This document shows, in pieces, positions 36,231-48,469 of a stretch of 64,000 nt of DNA. Below the pieces are notes generated by a model that was not told the origin of the DNA, did no database searches, and was given only the letters and a program-made list of their open reading frames with translations. The DNA comes from Fistulifera solaris (Eukaryota). The stretch is from positions 186,001 through 250,000 of the forward strand of contig AP026129.1 in NCBI GenBank assembly GCA_030295235.1, given 5' to 3'. How positions within the stretch are numbered: the stretch's first letter is position 1; every line of letters starts with the position of its first letter. Position numbers and translations under genes: made by a program.

Positions 36231-37217
36231 TGTGCGATTGAATGATTACTAATCTGAGTTGCTTTGCAGCGTTGATGGTGATGTGAAGATTGTGAAACAT
36301 AAACGTCGTTGTTGAAACATAAACTATGGCAATTGTTATCTTGTTTATTTAAATTTTGGAATGGCCGAGAGCCGAGACCCGCAATCTGCGATCTTGAAAG
36401 AACATATCGAGCCGAAAGGCGTTCCGTTTTGACTGGAACTCACTGTTCTCTCTTCTAAATTGTACAATCCGTGATGGCTATGACGTATGCTAGATGCGTG
36501 ATTCGCACGAATCTTTGTCGGTCGGAGTGACCGTTCGAGGTTGGAAGGAATTGATATGGTTATTAAAGTACCAGAGAAGATTCTTTAGGAATCGATGGTA
36601 CTGGAACGCCACGTGGCGAGCATAATCTGTCACTATAGCAAGAACCGTGAAAAACACCTCGCTAAAGTGAGTCATGGACTCAACTCATGATTCATGATTC
36701 ATGAATGACCTAGATTCGTCGTCACCCACATTTTTTGTATCTTCATTAGTCTACAACGCAACGGAGCTGTGAGCGAGGGATTATCAATCTCACACTCCGA
36801 ACTAGTCACGAAATGCTCAAGGAAAAGACCATAACAAGAAATCGGTTTTCAGACCCGTCGACAACTGAGCGGTTTGTAGGAAAAAAATTATTAGGATGGC
36901 TTAAAAAATGTCTACACTTTTTGCAAAATCACTTCTTGAAAGTAGTACCGATACAATTCATACTATTTGAGTAGACTCGAACTACCTATCCGGTGACCGA
37001 GCAAGCGATTCATCATTTCTATTTGCGCCTCTCCAAGTCGTTGAGTCGACGAATCTTCCCCATTCTACCTAGTTCGTCTCGTAGACTTGCCAATGCGTGC
37101 GTCGACCAAATGAGAAGCAACATTGTGCGGTAAATAGCAGGCGTTCTTAAAGTCACTTCGAGTCGGATCTTTGCGAATTGTCAATTATGAGTATGTGGTC
37201 GGTTGCTAAAAGGCGCT

Positions 37218-38721
37218 TCAGACAAACAACGAACCAAACTTTTCTGCACCTTGCTGAACTATTAGAGCAGCCGCTACACTCAGTATAGCAGCAACGGAAA
37301 CTTTCCCTCCCGGAACAAGAGGCGGAGTAGCCAAGGGAGTGTTGCGCTGATAGCGTTCTTGCCAAATCAACAACGGCGGCAAAACAAGAAACAATGTACT
37401 GACGCCAAATGCTCCGCCGTAGTCAAGTGCTTGGAAGAAAATGTCTGGATTGAACAACGACAGAATTGTCGGAGGGATGTAAATCAATGCGAATAGAGCC
37501 AACTTGTTCAATGGTTTCAACTGATCCACCCGCCACTGAAACACATCCGTCCACGCATCGAGAAGACCGTACGTGAATCCAATGATACTGGTTAACAACG
37601 CGAGAGTTGAAAATGTTGTGACGAGCGGTCCCAAAACTCCCGTGTTTGGATCTTGCTGCAGCAGTGCTAGCGGATCGACATCAGTGACACCAAGCGGAAC
37701 ATTGGCCAACACAACCGCGTTCCACGCAATAAACATGACGAGCGGGATGATAGTACCCGTCGTCAATGTCATAGTAATCTTTCTACGGTCACCTTCCAGC
37801 TGTTGCACTACCGTAGGAACGATGTTTTGGTATACCAAAGCCAGCAGAAGAATGGGAAAACAGGAAAGAACAGCCGATGGGTTCGCTTGCGTGACGAGAA
37901 GACTCCAGTCGGCACTATTCGCTCCCACAGCAACAATGGCTGCAAAAGCGGCCGCCACGCCAAGCACCATCAAACTGTTGGTCTGTTCAATGATACTGGA
38001 AGAAGCCAAGAACAAGCTACTAAACGTGAGTGCTCCGAATACGACTGACCCGCTCACGTCCTCCGGCAGCAACGGATCGACGTTAACACCGCCCTGGGCA
38101 ATGTAGGCTACCATCATGGCATAATGCAAGAAGAAATAAGCAGCACTACCGATAGTTTTCCATGGATTTCCCAAGCTGTCGAACAATTCCAGTAGTCCCA
38201 AGCCTGGCTTTCCGGTCGTGACCCACCGATTCAAGGTTACTTCTGCAATGAACAATCCACTCGCAGTCATGATGACCCACGCAACTAACAAAGCCGTCGT
38301 CGAAGGAAGGAATCCTGCCGAAATGGTTGCTGCTGGTAGAGCTAAAACGCCCGCTCCTACGGTAGTACCGGCGACAAGTGCGGCAGAACCCCAGACACTC
38401 CCCCTCTTTCCGTATCATTTGCTTGGCTTGAGGAGAGTATTCGAGAGCGCTCAGCAATCGTTCGGGAGACGATTCAGCATCTAAAAACAAAAATCGACTG
38501 GAATCGATGTTTGAATCAGTCCATGAATCAGATTGAAATACTGTAGAAGTATCGGTAGATTGTTCTTTCTGGCACGTGACTTCTTCGGTCGCTGATGCTC
38601 GTCTTTGAAACAAATTTCTCTGACGACAGCAACGAGCTGCCGGTCTCGGAACAACCAAGCTGTCTACCTTTATTATTAATATAGCTGTCGCTGTTAGCAA
38701 TAGAAAGTGAATGGTTCGCAT
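37218..38721 (-). CDS. Aromatic amino acid permease (TyrP/Mtr family), probable plastid presequence
   Basis: VWGSAALVAGTTVGAGVLALP, FFLHYAMMVAYIAQGG, YQNIVP, multiple TMs. Signal-like MRTIHFLLLTATAILIIKVDSL; frameshift ~38400. Confidence 0.85.
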
Positions 38722-39142
38722 GCTTGTCTTTCTTCCTTCCTTTCGTAAGTAACACATAAAATTTCAACTGCATTGCAACTGCAACGATGAAGTGTTTTTT
38801 TCTTTGTTATTTCGCCCGCATAGCGCACAGACGAAGCATCGTTGACGTCAGAAACAGTTCTTTTTACCAGGTACGGTACGGTACTTGTACTCCGTAAGTT
38901 TTTAAAGCATGCAAAATACTTATGTTGAGGGGAGAGCTACACGACTACATGACCCATGACTGGATTTAACCATGAGTACAACATGATCTCTCATCTCATT
39001 ATTTTCGACCAATGACATCAACAAAAACGACGACTAAAACATAAAACGAAAAGGCTAGAGTCTAAATCAATTGCGCAAATGAAGATCTACATGTCTTTTG
39101 CTTTATAAACATGCTGAATAAGTAAAAGATAATAGCTCGAAT

Positions 39143-40282
39143 ATGGATGAAGAAGAGAAAAAGACCGACGAAAGCTTCGAATGGACATCTACGAAAGATT
39201 TAAAGCGTTTTGCAACAAATCGACCCACCCCGATCTTGACCCCGATCATCAATCCCCCTGAACCTCAACATGTTTCACCCTTGAAAGCAACGAAACGCTC
39301 GAAAATTGCCGTGGCTTTGATTTCTTTCGTTCTGCTGTGGTTAGGTATGGAATGGGAGTTTGTTGGTCCGCGAAATTTTCGAGCAACACCAAAGGGTCAC
39401 TCAAAAGACACCACCGTCATCACTCCTTGTAAAAACAATAAGAGAGACTATATTAGGAACAATACACGATCTATGATCGGCTCTTGGCAAGCCAACACGT
39501 GGATACCACCCGACGGCTGGGTATACGTCAGTCTTACCAAGATGCAGCAGCTATACATCAACAAAACCATTGTGTGGCTCGGTGACAGTCTCAGTCGCCG
39601 CGCTGCCTTGACATGGCACTCGTTGCTGACGACTTCCGATCCGCAAGATGCGTCCCTCTTTTCGTTGTCCAGTTCCACTATCATTGATGTGACCAAAGAG
39701 GAGGATGAGTACGAGTGTCCTTGGTATACAAAAGCGAAACATCGACCAAAGATTTGTCGGCTCAACTCCACGTATCCATTTCTGCATCGTGCGGGAGAAT
39801 TGCTGGACACAGGTCCTGCAATTCTTTCACGATGAAAACAAGAAACCCGTCACCATGTCGCATGATCCGGATTTAATAGTGGTGGCAGTCGGCACATGGG
39901 ATATCGATGTCAAAATGACATGTCGACTCGACGATCATTATCCTTTGCCCATGATCGTCGAGAAAGCGGTTATTGCCTTAAATCGCGTTGCTTCGAGTCA
40001 ATTACGAGTGGTGGTGCGGACGGCGGCCTATTCCGACTGGGGCGAAGAAAGGGCGATAGAGATCGATGCGATGAATGAAGTTCTCATGGATAGGATTGAC
40101 CAAATGATGAATCCTTTTTGACGTATATACACTGGGGCGGTGCCATGAAACCGCGGGCCTTGTATCCCAATCGTATTACTGGAGATAATCGAGCCCATTT
40201 TGGAGTGGAGGGACGTCTTGTCTTACTTCACATGCTGACGAATCACTTACTGGACGTCGGTTTCTTTGACTCCGAGGGCTGA
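39143..40282 (+). CDS. Type II membrane SGNH/PC-esterase-like protein (GDS...DxxH)
   Basis: N-terminal TM, WLGDSLSRR, VAVGTWD, C-terminal GDNRAHFG; stop 40280-40282; two frameshifts. Confidence 0.6.
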
Positions 40283-40778
40283 TTTATTCGCGCACACTAA
40301 GTTTCCTGTTTCCGGACCATGTTCATTATGATAAGGCTTTCTTTTGGGAAAGAAATGATAAGGGGTAATCGCACATCGCCTTAAACGCTCGCGTCGTTTT
40401 GGGAGACGTGTTCTTCGCACAAGATGAATTGGAGCTACTGTAGCTCAAACTCAAATTACCATGATTGACAGCTTCTCAAAGGTTTCATCGTAACCGATAT
40501 ACCAAAATGAGAGATAGGAGATGTGATAGCTCATACTTGTATAGCTACCGATAACGATGAAAAACGCGTAGACTAAGAGTGTATGGAGTATTATTCATTA
40601 TCTTGTCCGGATACATTATTTGTGTTAACGTATTCACGCGTAATTTATTAACGGCCGAGACTAAGAAACGATCCTGCTCAATGCATAAAGGAAATCAAAC
40701 GAATCTTTTAAGCAAAAATGCTTTCGAAGAAAGAAACAATGCCAGTCTTTCGTTCAGCATGACTTTGCATTCCTCTCT

Positions 40779-41183
40779 TTAAGCGCTATTCGACGGCCGG
40801 CACCTCCAGCGAATTCCCCGATTCTCCAGATCTTCTTCAACGTCTCGATCTAGTTGTCCTGTAACAGTGATAGCATAAACTCCAGGTAAATAATTATCGA
40901 CTCGAATCCATTTGGCCGCCCAACTTTCACCCGGATCCATAACAGCGGCGGTTCCCTCAAAAAAGGCGGTTGTGCAACTATTCACCCGCTCCATATTGTC
41001 AGTCATCTCCAAGAATGGGCAGTTTTCACAGCCTTCGTCATAAAACTGTCCTTGTGTTTTCAGTAGCCCACATCGTTTGCAAGCGCGGATGGTTTTGAGG
41101 TTCAAAGGGACACTAGCGCTAGCAAGATCGGCGACTTGTTGAGGGACTTCGTCGTCGTATCGCTCGTCTTCTTCGTCGCTCAT
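40779..41183 (-). CDS. SPT4: Transcription elongation factor Spt4
   Basis: RACKRCGLLKT..QF...GCENC, CTTAFFEG, SWAAKW, PGVYAITVTG. Confidence 0.97.
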   Translation of the reverse strand: MSDEEDERYDDEVPQQVADLASASVPLNLKTIRACKRCGLLKTQGQFYDEGCENCPFLEMTDNMERVNSCTTAFFEGTAAVMDPGESWAAKWIRVDNYLPGVYAITVTGQLDRDVEEDLENRGIRWRCRPSNSA

Positions 41184-41837
41184 TTTATAATTGAATACAA
41201 CAGAGATCGTTAATGTAAGAAGGGAAGAAGGTCTGCGAAATAAAATCGAGACTTCACTGTTTCAAGGTGGATGCGTTTATTGCTTTACCTGGTATCATTC
41301 GCCCCTCGTTTTGCGGTCGAACAAAGGACGCTTTCGTCGTCCGTCTCGTACCGGTACTCGTTTAGATAGTTTGAGAACTATTGCGATAAAAACAGAAACG
41401 ACTTATTCTTAAAAGTTAACAGGTCAGTAATGCTACGTCATTTTGTCAACAAACAACTCAAATGCTTTACTTATGAAAACTTAGTTTAGCTGGCCAGATT
41501 GGTCGAGGAGTCAGAGACAATTCCCACCAACTCTCCCACGTTCTGAAGATCCATCGAGTTGACCTTATGCAAGAGAAAGAATCAGATTTTTGTTTGAGCT
41601 TTAAACCGATCGTCATACCTCCCTCCGCGAAAATTTTAAAAGTAAGATATGGCAAGAACTACGTACAATTATATTTCGTCCTTTCATTCTTTTTGTCGAT
41701 TGAATTTTCTCCCAAATGAATGAAGGCGGTCGTATTTCTTTCTTCAGTATAGGCCAAAAAGTAATCTTATCTGCCACTTTGCTCTTACTACGTAATTCAC
41801 AATTTTTATAGTTCGACGTCATTCATCACTGGAGAGT

Positions 41838-43190
41838 CTACTTCTTTTGCAATTTAGGGCAGAGGCTCTTGTGAGACACACCTAAGCCCGAATAGCCCTT
41901 CCAATCTTTCCGTTGGCAATCTCGTGAGCAATACCAAACGACTTTGCAGTCTGAGCAACACAGAGTTGCCAATTTATAGCAAAACCTGCACGAATGCTCT
42001 TTCTTAGTCTCGTCGTCAAGCACCTTCGACGTTTGCAGTATCTTCCAGAAATGGACACCGATCACATCGTCATAAGGAAACGAGACAAATTTTTCTCTTG
42101 AAGATACGTCGCGGGAATAAGCCATTGCTTTATTGAAGGCCACTATCTTAGACGGATTGTGTTCCTTCATGCCGGGGGCTAGACAAAATTCGGCCGTCGC
42201 AGTGCCCGGCATGAGTTCAACGTTGGTCGTAAGCTCCAAGTACTGGTTTGTCTTTTTCATGTGCACCATGATGTTTCCTTTTTGAAGCAAATGGAACAAT
42301 GTTTCACCGTCATCATTAGGTTTTTTACCACCTAACTGCCGCTGTTCACGAAGCCACTCAATAATCCCTGGCGTACGTTCCCAAACCGGTTTGCAATCCA
42401 AGACGATGCTCGTTGCTTCCTCCAGTCCGCCCGAGGATGTATGCGTCGGCCGTTTCGGTAAAGACAGATCCCCAAGGATCAAGAGAGGCACATAGTTGTT
42501 GCGTTGAAGGGCACGTGCCAGCGTCTTTTGTAGGTCCGATTCGGAGCATGCACCGAGCTTGAATTTCATAAAGTCAATAAGAACGAAGCCATAATGAACA
42601 AATGCCTCTGTACTGTTTCTTCCGTTCGCGTGTTTCTCTGCTATCTGCTCCGCTTGTTGGTATTCGCCAACTTGGATCAATGTTTCGAAGAGAAGTTGCC
42701 GCACGCCTTGATTGTCGTTGGGATTGACTTTGAGCAAGAACTGGAATCTTTCGACGGCTTCTCGGTGTTTACCCAACTCCTTTTGAATTACCCCGAGACC
42801 GTGATAAGCTCGAAGCAACGGACGGTGCTCTATATGTCCCCACTCGATGCTTTCCTGATATTCAAGGTTGGGCCAGAGCAAGCGAGCCGAAGATAACGCC
42901 ATCTGATAGGTCGTCTCTGCCTTGACAAGTTCCGGCGGATCGCATACAACATAATAGAGATTCGCCCAGGCATTCAGGGCATCGACCGAAAAGGGAAATA
43001 TACGCAGAGCTTTACTTAAAAGTGCGAACTTCTGTTGCACAGATTCAGCCTCCCAAGAGTCATATACGAAATTCTGTGCCTCTTCATCAGCGTGATATCT
43101 CGCGATAGGGGATAGGAAATCGGGTGGTGATGAACTGTATTTTCGAAGCTCTGAAGCCGGCGGTAGTGTTGGAAGCGGAGGAATGCTCAT
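41838..43190 (-). CDS. TPR-like repeat protein with C-terminal MYND zinc finger
   Basis: WGHIEHRPLLRAYHGLG..EAVERFQFLLKVNPNDNQGVRQLL TPR region; CRFC...CSDCKVVWYCSRDCQRKDW...HKSLC MYND finger. Confidence 0.85.
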   Translation of the reverse strand: MSIPPLPTLPPASELRKYSSSPPDFLSPIARYHADEEAQNFVYDSWEAESVQQKFALLSKALRIFPFSVDALNAWANLYYVVCDPPELVKAETTYQMALSSARLLWPNLEYQESIEWGHIEHRPLLRAYHGLGVIQKELGKHREAVERFQFLLKVNPNDNQGVRQLLFETLIQVGEYQQAEQIAEKHANGRNSTEAFVHYGFVLIDFMKFKLGACSESDLQKTLARALQRNNYVPLLILGDLSLPKRPTHTSSGGLEEATSIVLDCKPVWERTPGIIEWLREQRQLGGKKPNDDGETLFHLLQKGNIMVHMKKTNQYLELTTNVELMPGTATAEFCLAPGMKEHNPSKIVAFNKAMAYSRDVSSREKFVSFPYDDVIGVHFWKILQTSKVLDDETKKEHSCRFCYKLATLCCSDCKVVWYCSRDCQRKDWKGYSGLGVSHKSLCPKLQKK

Positions 43191-44260
43191 CTTTTCTTGA
43201 CCAGGTGGAAAGAGAAGTAAAGAGTTGCAAACTGTTATTGATTTTGTTGATGTGTACGGGGCTTCACTAAATAATAATGATAAAACACTCACGTCACGAT
43301 GTTCAGTTGATCTCAATTATTTTATAACGAAGCCATCCGTGTGCCGTGTGATGTGTGATTCGATTAGGATTCCTGGTAAGTCTCCTGGTAGATAAAAACC
43401 GTGAACACAACATGATGAAAGATGACTGATGACGTCTTCCTTTGCGCCTTCACGCGCAAAAACGCACAAAGAATTCACGACCATCCTCGCATGACTGACC
43501 CCTCATCCCAGTCATGGAGATAGGTCGCCTACAAACTTATTGGTTAATAGCAAATTGGCTTGGACAACAAACCCCAACAAGTTTCAACCATAATGAATCA
43601 AGAAGCATGTTGTGATTGAAGCTGATAGTAGTTTAATTAAAGCGAAGATGCTTTTGATATAATACGATTGTAGAGAAAAAGGATAGGTTGGAGTTTGGCC
43701 CGATAGCATGGTTGACTCATGACTCATCATTGAATGCAGTCGTGGTGAAGTTGACAAAACACTTTGGGGGATGGACAACAAACCGTAGCATTTTTCAACC
43801 ATGAAAATTCAAAGAAGTGTTTTCATGATTAATGCTGATACAAATTGCATTGAAGCAAAGATGAGGTAAGTATATTATGATTGTCGTTTGTACAGCAAGC
43901 TGAGGATAGATTGCAGCTTTAGCTCGGAACAAAATGTGGCTCATGACTCATAACTGAAAAAGCAGTCGTGGTAGACTCTTGCTCGACGCAAATAATGCTG
44001 CCATTCTGGCATTCATACATTCATACGTCTTCCTATTAGAAAACATATCAATCGTCTAAGCTAGTTCTATTGGCTGAAAAGAATCTAGTTAAGCTCTCTG
44101 TTGAGGATTTTACGGTTCCACAGTATATGAACTACAAAGTACAGTACCCGTCCTCATTTCCGCCATAACAAAAATGGAAAGGGAAAGACCAGTCTTGTCT
44201 TTGCTGCCTTTCATTGTGATGATGATGATGTCAATATATTCTTAATATTACTTTAATTCC

Positions 44261-45390
44261 TTAGTAAATGGCAGTCCAACTCGGTTGACTCCTTGTGGAG
44301 GTCACAACATTCGACCAAGACGGAGAAACCGAAGAGACTGATGCAATTGCTGTTTTCAGTGCTAAAGCTTCAATGCGAGCAACAATGTCTTGCGTTCGTT
44401 CGGCGATGGACAAGTGACCGCCTGGAATGCGTTCTGTACGGACTTGTGGATAGAATGGTTGGAGACGTTGCCGAGCCAAGTTTATTTGGCGATGCTCAAA
44501 CGGATCTTCATTGCTACCGACAATTTCGAATGTGATACTTTGGTTCTGCGACTGCAAGTTTGTAAGAATATTGTATAGATTCCAGCGATCAGAGTATTTT
44601 TGATGCTCCCGAACAAAACCAGCTGCCACCGGTAGTACCGAAGTCCCTTTGTGACGACGTATCGTTTTTCGTATTTCAACGAGTTCACGGCGCCGAGTTT
44701 GTTTGGATCGATAAGATTTGCTGTGCAAGGGACGTAGCATCGAATTTAACATCCAATTTGAATGTTGCGCCATGCGTGATCCGAACCGACCGACCCGTGT
44801 TTGCAAAGAGGCGTTGTATTCCACGGATGGGAATGGCCATCGGCAAACAAACCACCATTGAGAATCAGAACGTGCTCAATACAAGTAGAGGAGAACGAGC
44901 GCTCCATTTGCCGACGCAACAATTCCATCAATACCAACGAAGAAAAATCGAATGTAACAACAACCGTCCTTCTCACACCATTAGCGCGCCATTGCGCTTC
45001 GACAAGATCCGCACGCTCCATCGTACTGTACGCGTAGTTGACCGGCTTGTCAGAGTCTCCCTGTCCAACATATTCCACGTAAAGTCGTGGAATTTGGCGA
45101 ACCGTGGAATTCGTGGTATCTTCGAGCCGTTGGTCAACTTTAGCGAAACCATAACTTCCATCAGGAAAACCTGGAAGAAATGTCAACCATCGAGAGGGTG
45201 GAGTCGATGCACTCACCGGATAAACAACTCGTTGGAAGACATTGACAGTGTTCGCATTCGAAGTTGACACCATTCGTTTTTGCTGAGGATCGAAGGGGGC
45301 ACGACGACCGCCCGCAAACCATTCTTCGGCCGTGATAAAACTCGCATCAGAGGAGTCGTTTCTGGAAAAGGAAGATGCTGGACGAAGCAT
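44261..45390 (-). CDS. Alpha/beta hydrolase, MEST/epoxide-hydrolase-like
   Basis: FLPGFPDGSY, GQGDSDKP...YSTMERADLVE, nucleophile elbow TFDFS, LNGGLF, GSNEDP, GGH. Frameshift ~44810. Confidence 0.8.
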
Positions 45391-45796
45391 TGTCTTGAAA
45401 GATTTTGTTGGGTTTTGTAGGTTAGAAAGAATGTGAGTGTTTGTGGAGTGATGGCGAGTTTCGCAAGCGAGAATTCAAACGAATGAGGTGAGAAAAATCT
45501 TTGAATCGTGCTTCTTGACTGTTCCTTGAATCACGCCTCGAATTCGCGTTTGTTCGTCGAATAGGCCTTTTTTCCTTTCTGACTTTTGGCCTTCTAAGTC
45601 ACGATCTACCAAGACCGTCTTCGTTCGACGCGACGCGATAAGCGCGACGAACTCTTGCGTCTCCCTATCGCACTTATTCGCTTGCATCATAATTATTTGA
45701 ATGCATCATCGTCCTTCATCATTGGTATTTGATGATAATAATCTTTGCCGTGTTCCCTTGAACCTACCTTAGTCAATATAGTCGACCACCGCAACC

Positions 45797-46895
45797 ATGA
45801 ATATTCGGAGCGTCAGCCGACAAGCGTCATTACTGATTTTATTTTGCATAATACAATCCACGCTGGCATTCCGTCCTTCCTCTCGTTCTCGTGTAAAGCA
45901 CATCACTCGCTCTCCTTTTATCACGTTTCGCAGTCCACCAAATCAAATCACGAAGAACAACTCTTCGTTTGTTGCTTACTCGAGGAACAAGAGCTACTGG
46001 GACGGTGATGATATGAGATGGCGATCAAAGTGGCTTCGACGCTTACAGCGATCTTTGGACGACAGTTCTGCACTACCCGCGCGCAACACCATTGTAGTGG
46101 CCTGTGTTTTGGGATTTATTTATCAGACCTTTGATACCCTCATGACACTTAAACGAAAATTTCCTTCATATTGGCCACAGCAAGCATTTTCGATGATTGT
46201 TGATACATTAATGGGATTCACTGTTCACCAAGGATCTGTTACGACAAATTGGAAGTTTCATCCAATCATGGCACGAGCCGAGCCCCATCGCTACGTCACA
46301 GCTGGATTTTTTACACGGTGGTATTGTCCACCTTCTTCTAAATATGGATGCTATTCGGAGAATGCCAGATTGGCTGGAAACTGGGTTAGGGACAAGACTT
46401 TACGTGTCGACGTTTCTGGTGAGCATCGTGACCGGTCATATCAGTCACACTTATTTTGATGATTTCAAATCGGCGTGCTTGGGTGCTAGCGGTGGAATAA
46501 TGGGTTTATATGGTCTCATGTATGTGTGCTTGGTTCGAATGGGGAATTCACGTGCGGCGTGGCTAGTTTTGCGGGGGCTGGCGCGGTTGCTCGTGTATGG
46601 CTTCGCGCTGGGAGGAGTTAGCAATGCCGCGCATTTTGGCGGCTTTCTTGGTGGTGTCGTCATGGGGACCTTATTTGGTCCTCGATATCGATCGAGTTAC
46701 GCGTTGCTAAGGAAAAATAGTCTTGAAGTGGACAACAGTCCTCGTGATTATAGATCCGTCATGGGACTAGGAACTAAATCAACCAGTGGGATATTCCCAC
46801 TTTCCGTCTTCTGGACTGTTTGTTTCCTGTCGCTTTTGTCGCAACCAAGGTTACGAAGCGCTCCATTGATGGCACTACGAGGGCTCGGATTGTAA
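45797..46895 (+). CDS. Rhomboid-family intramembrane serine protease, probable plastid presequence
   Basis: Signal + LAFRPS; RYVTAGFLHGGIVHLLLN after correcting a T-run frameshift ~46310; GASGG and SNAAHFGG catalytic dyad. Confidence 0.88.
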
Positions 46896-47747
46896 GCTAC
46901 AAATTCTATTCTGCCAACCCAATTCAACAACAAAATGTCTCAGCATTCAGTAGCTCCAACGTTTGTTCGTAATCCGAAGAGTTATGCACATTTCTTTTCA
47001 ACCAGTGGAGGAGTTATGACTTATGACTATAGCTTATTGAGCGTCGACAAATCATGTCTCGAAAATGTCGCAATGAAGTTGACCATAGCGGTCAAATTAG
47101 ATCAACGTGCTGACACATAGGAAGTGTATAAATGATCCTACGACGCTATTTTGATTTTACTACCATTATAGATCAGCTCCACCCTATACTTATCCAATAA
47201 CACTCGCAGAGTGTAGAGTCGATTCAAATTGTCTACCAACCGCCTACCCCTTATTCCTAGCTTCAAACTCCTATAATTTAAAGCAAGTTGTCATCCCATT
47301 GATATATTTTCTTGGGGTCGTCAACGCCTGAAATCCAGTCGACGACGACTCTGGACGGCCTCCTCGTAATTTATTAGTAGGCCGTGAAACAGGAAATTCA
47401 GCCCTCTTAAAATTTGATTGTCAGCTTATTTTTTGTTTTGACTTTCAACACTGGAGCAGCACTTTGCACTTTGCGCCTTAGTTCTTCTTTCTGCCTTCAA
47501 CGAAACGAACTCATCCGAATGCTTCTCTCTATTTTAGCATCATCCTTTAGTAGTTTCGATGTCGTCTTATGTACACTTTCAAAGTATAGCCATCCTACCT
47601 CCATCTAGTTCTGTTGAACATGCGGTACAACTTCCGTCGGAGCGCAAGCACACCAAACCAAAAAAGAAAAAAAGCCATCAACCCATCACCATCATCAACA
47701 ACTATTTGCAATTGTAGTGAACCCTCTCAAGTAAATACAAATTTGCC

Positions 47748-48469
47748 ATGCTTCATTCATCTTCAGCCAAGCTTCGAGGCCACCGGATTCTCGACAAGGT
47801 AGCTCGAAGTCTGAGCACCCGCCTAAGCGCGGCAGACGTCCAGCTACCGAGACCGCAAGAAGGATTCACTTTGTCAGAGAAACAGCACGAAAATTCGTGG
47901 AATGATCTTGTCTATTGTATTTCAATGGCGCCGGATAGCACTGACTTTCATAAAAACTTTGAAAAGATTTTCAGCAAGCCTACAGCGATTATGAAGGAAC
48001 AGCTCTCGCACACGGTCCGAACGTTTGTTGATAATCGGCCTCTTCCTACTACTCTGGATGATGCCCTTAGGCCCACTCGGCGTGCCATAGTCATCACCGA
48101 AGCAAAGGCACCTTTTAAAATCTTCAATGTGAACAAAGCTTGGGAGGAACTTTGTGGTTACAAGTATGTTGAGTGTCGTGGCAAAACCCTTGGTTCGATG
48201 GTAAAAGGTCAGTCATTCACCGTTGGCTTGCTTTGAGATATTCACTTTGTACTCACACGTCGATGCCAGGTCCTGACACCGATACACGTGCTGCTACTGG
48301 TCTGATAAGTCAGTTATTGCAAGGAAATGAAGCGGGGGCTACAATCACAAACTATACGAAACAGGGCCGACGTTTCCGAAATCGCGTCCGCGTCGGCACT
48401 TTGAAAAACACCGACGGAGAAGTCACTCATTTCGTTGGTGTTCTGCAAGAAGTCAAGGACGGAATGTAA
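47748..48469 (+). CDS. PAS/LOV-like domain protein lacking the photoactive Cys
   Basis: IVITE...IFNVNKAWEELCGY...RGKTLGSMVKG|PDTD...NYTKQGRRFRN...THFVGVLQE. Intron 48208-48269. Confidence 0.8.
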
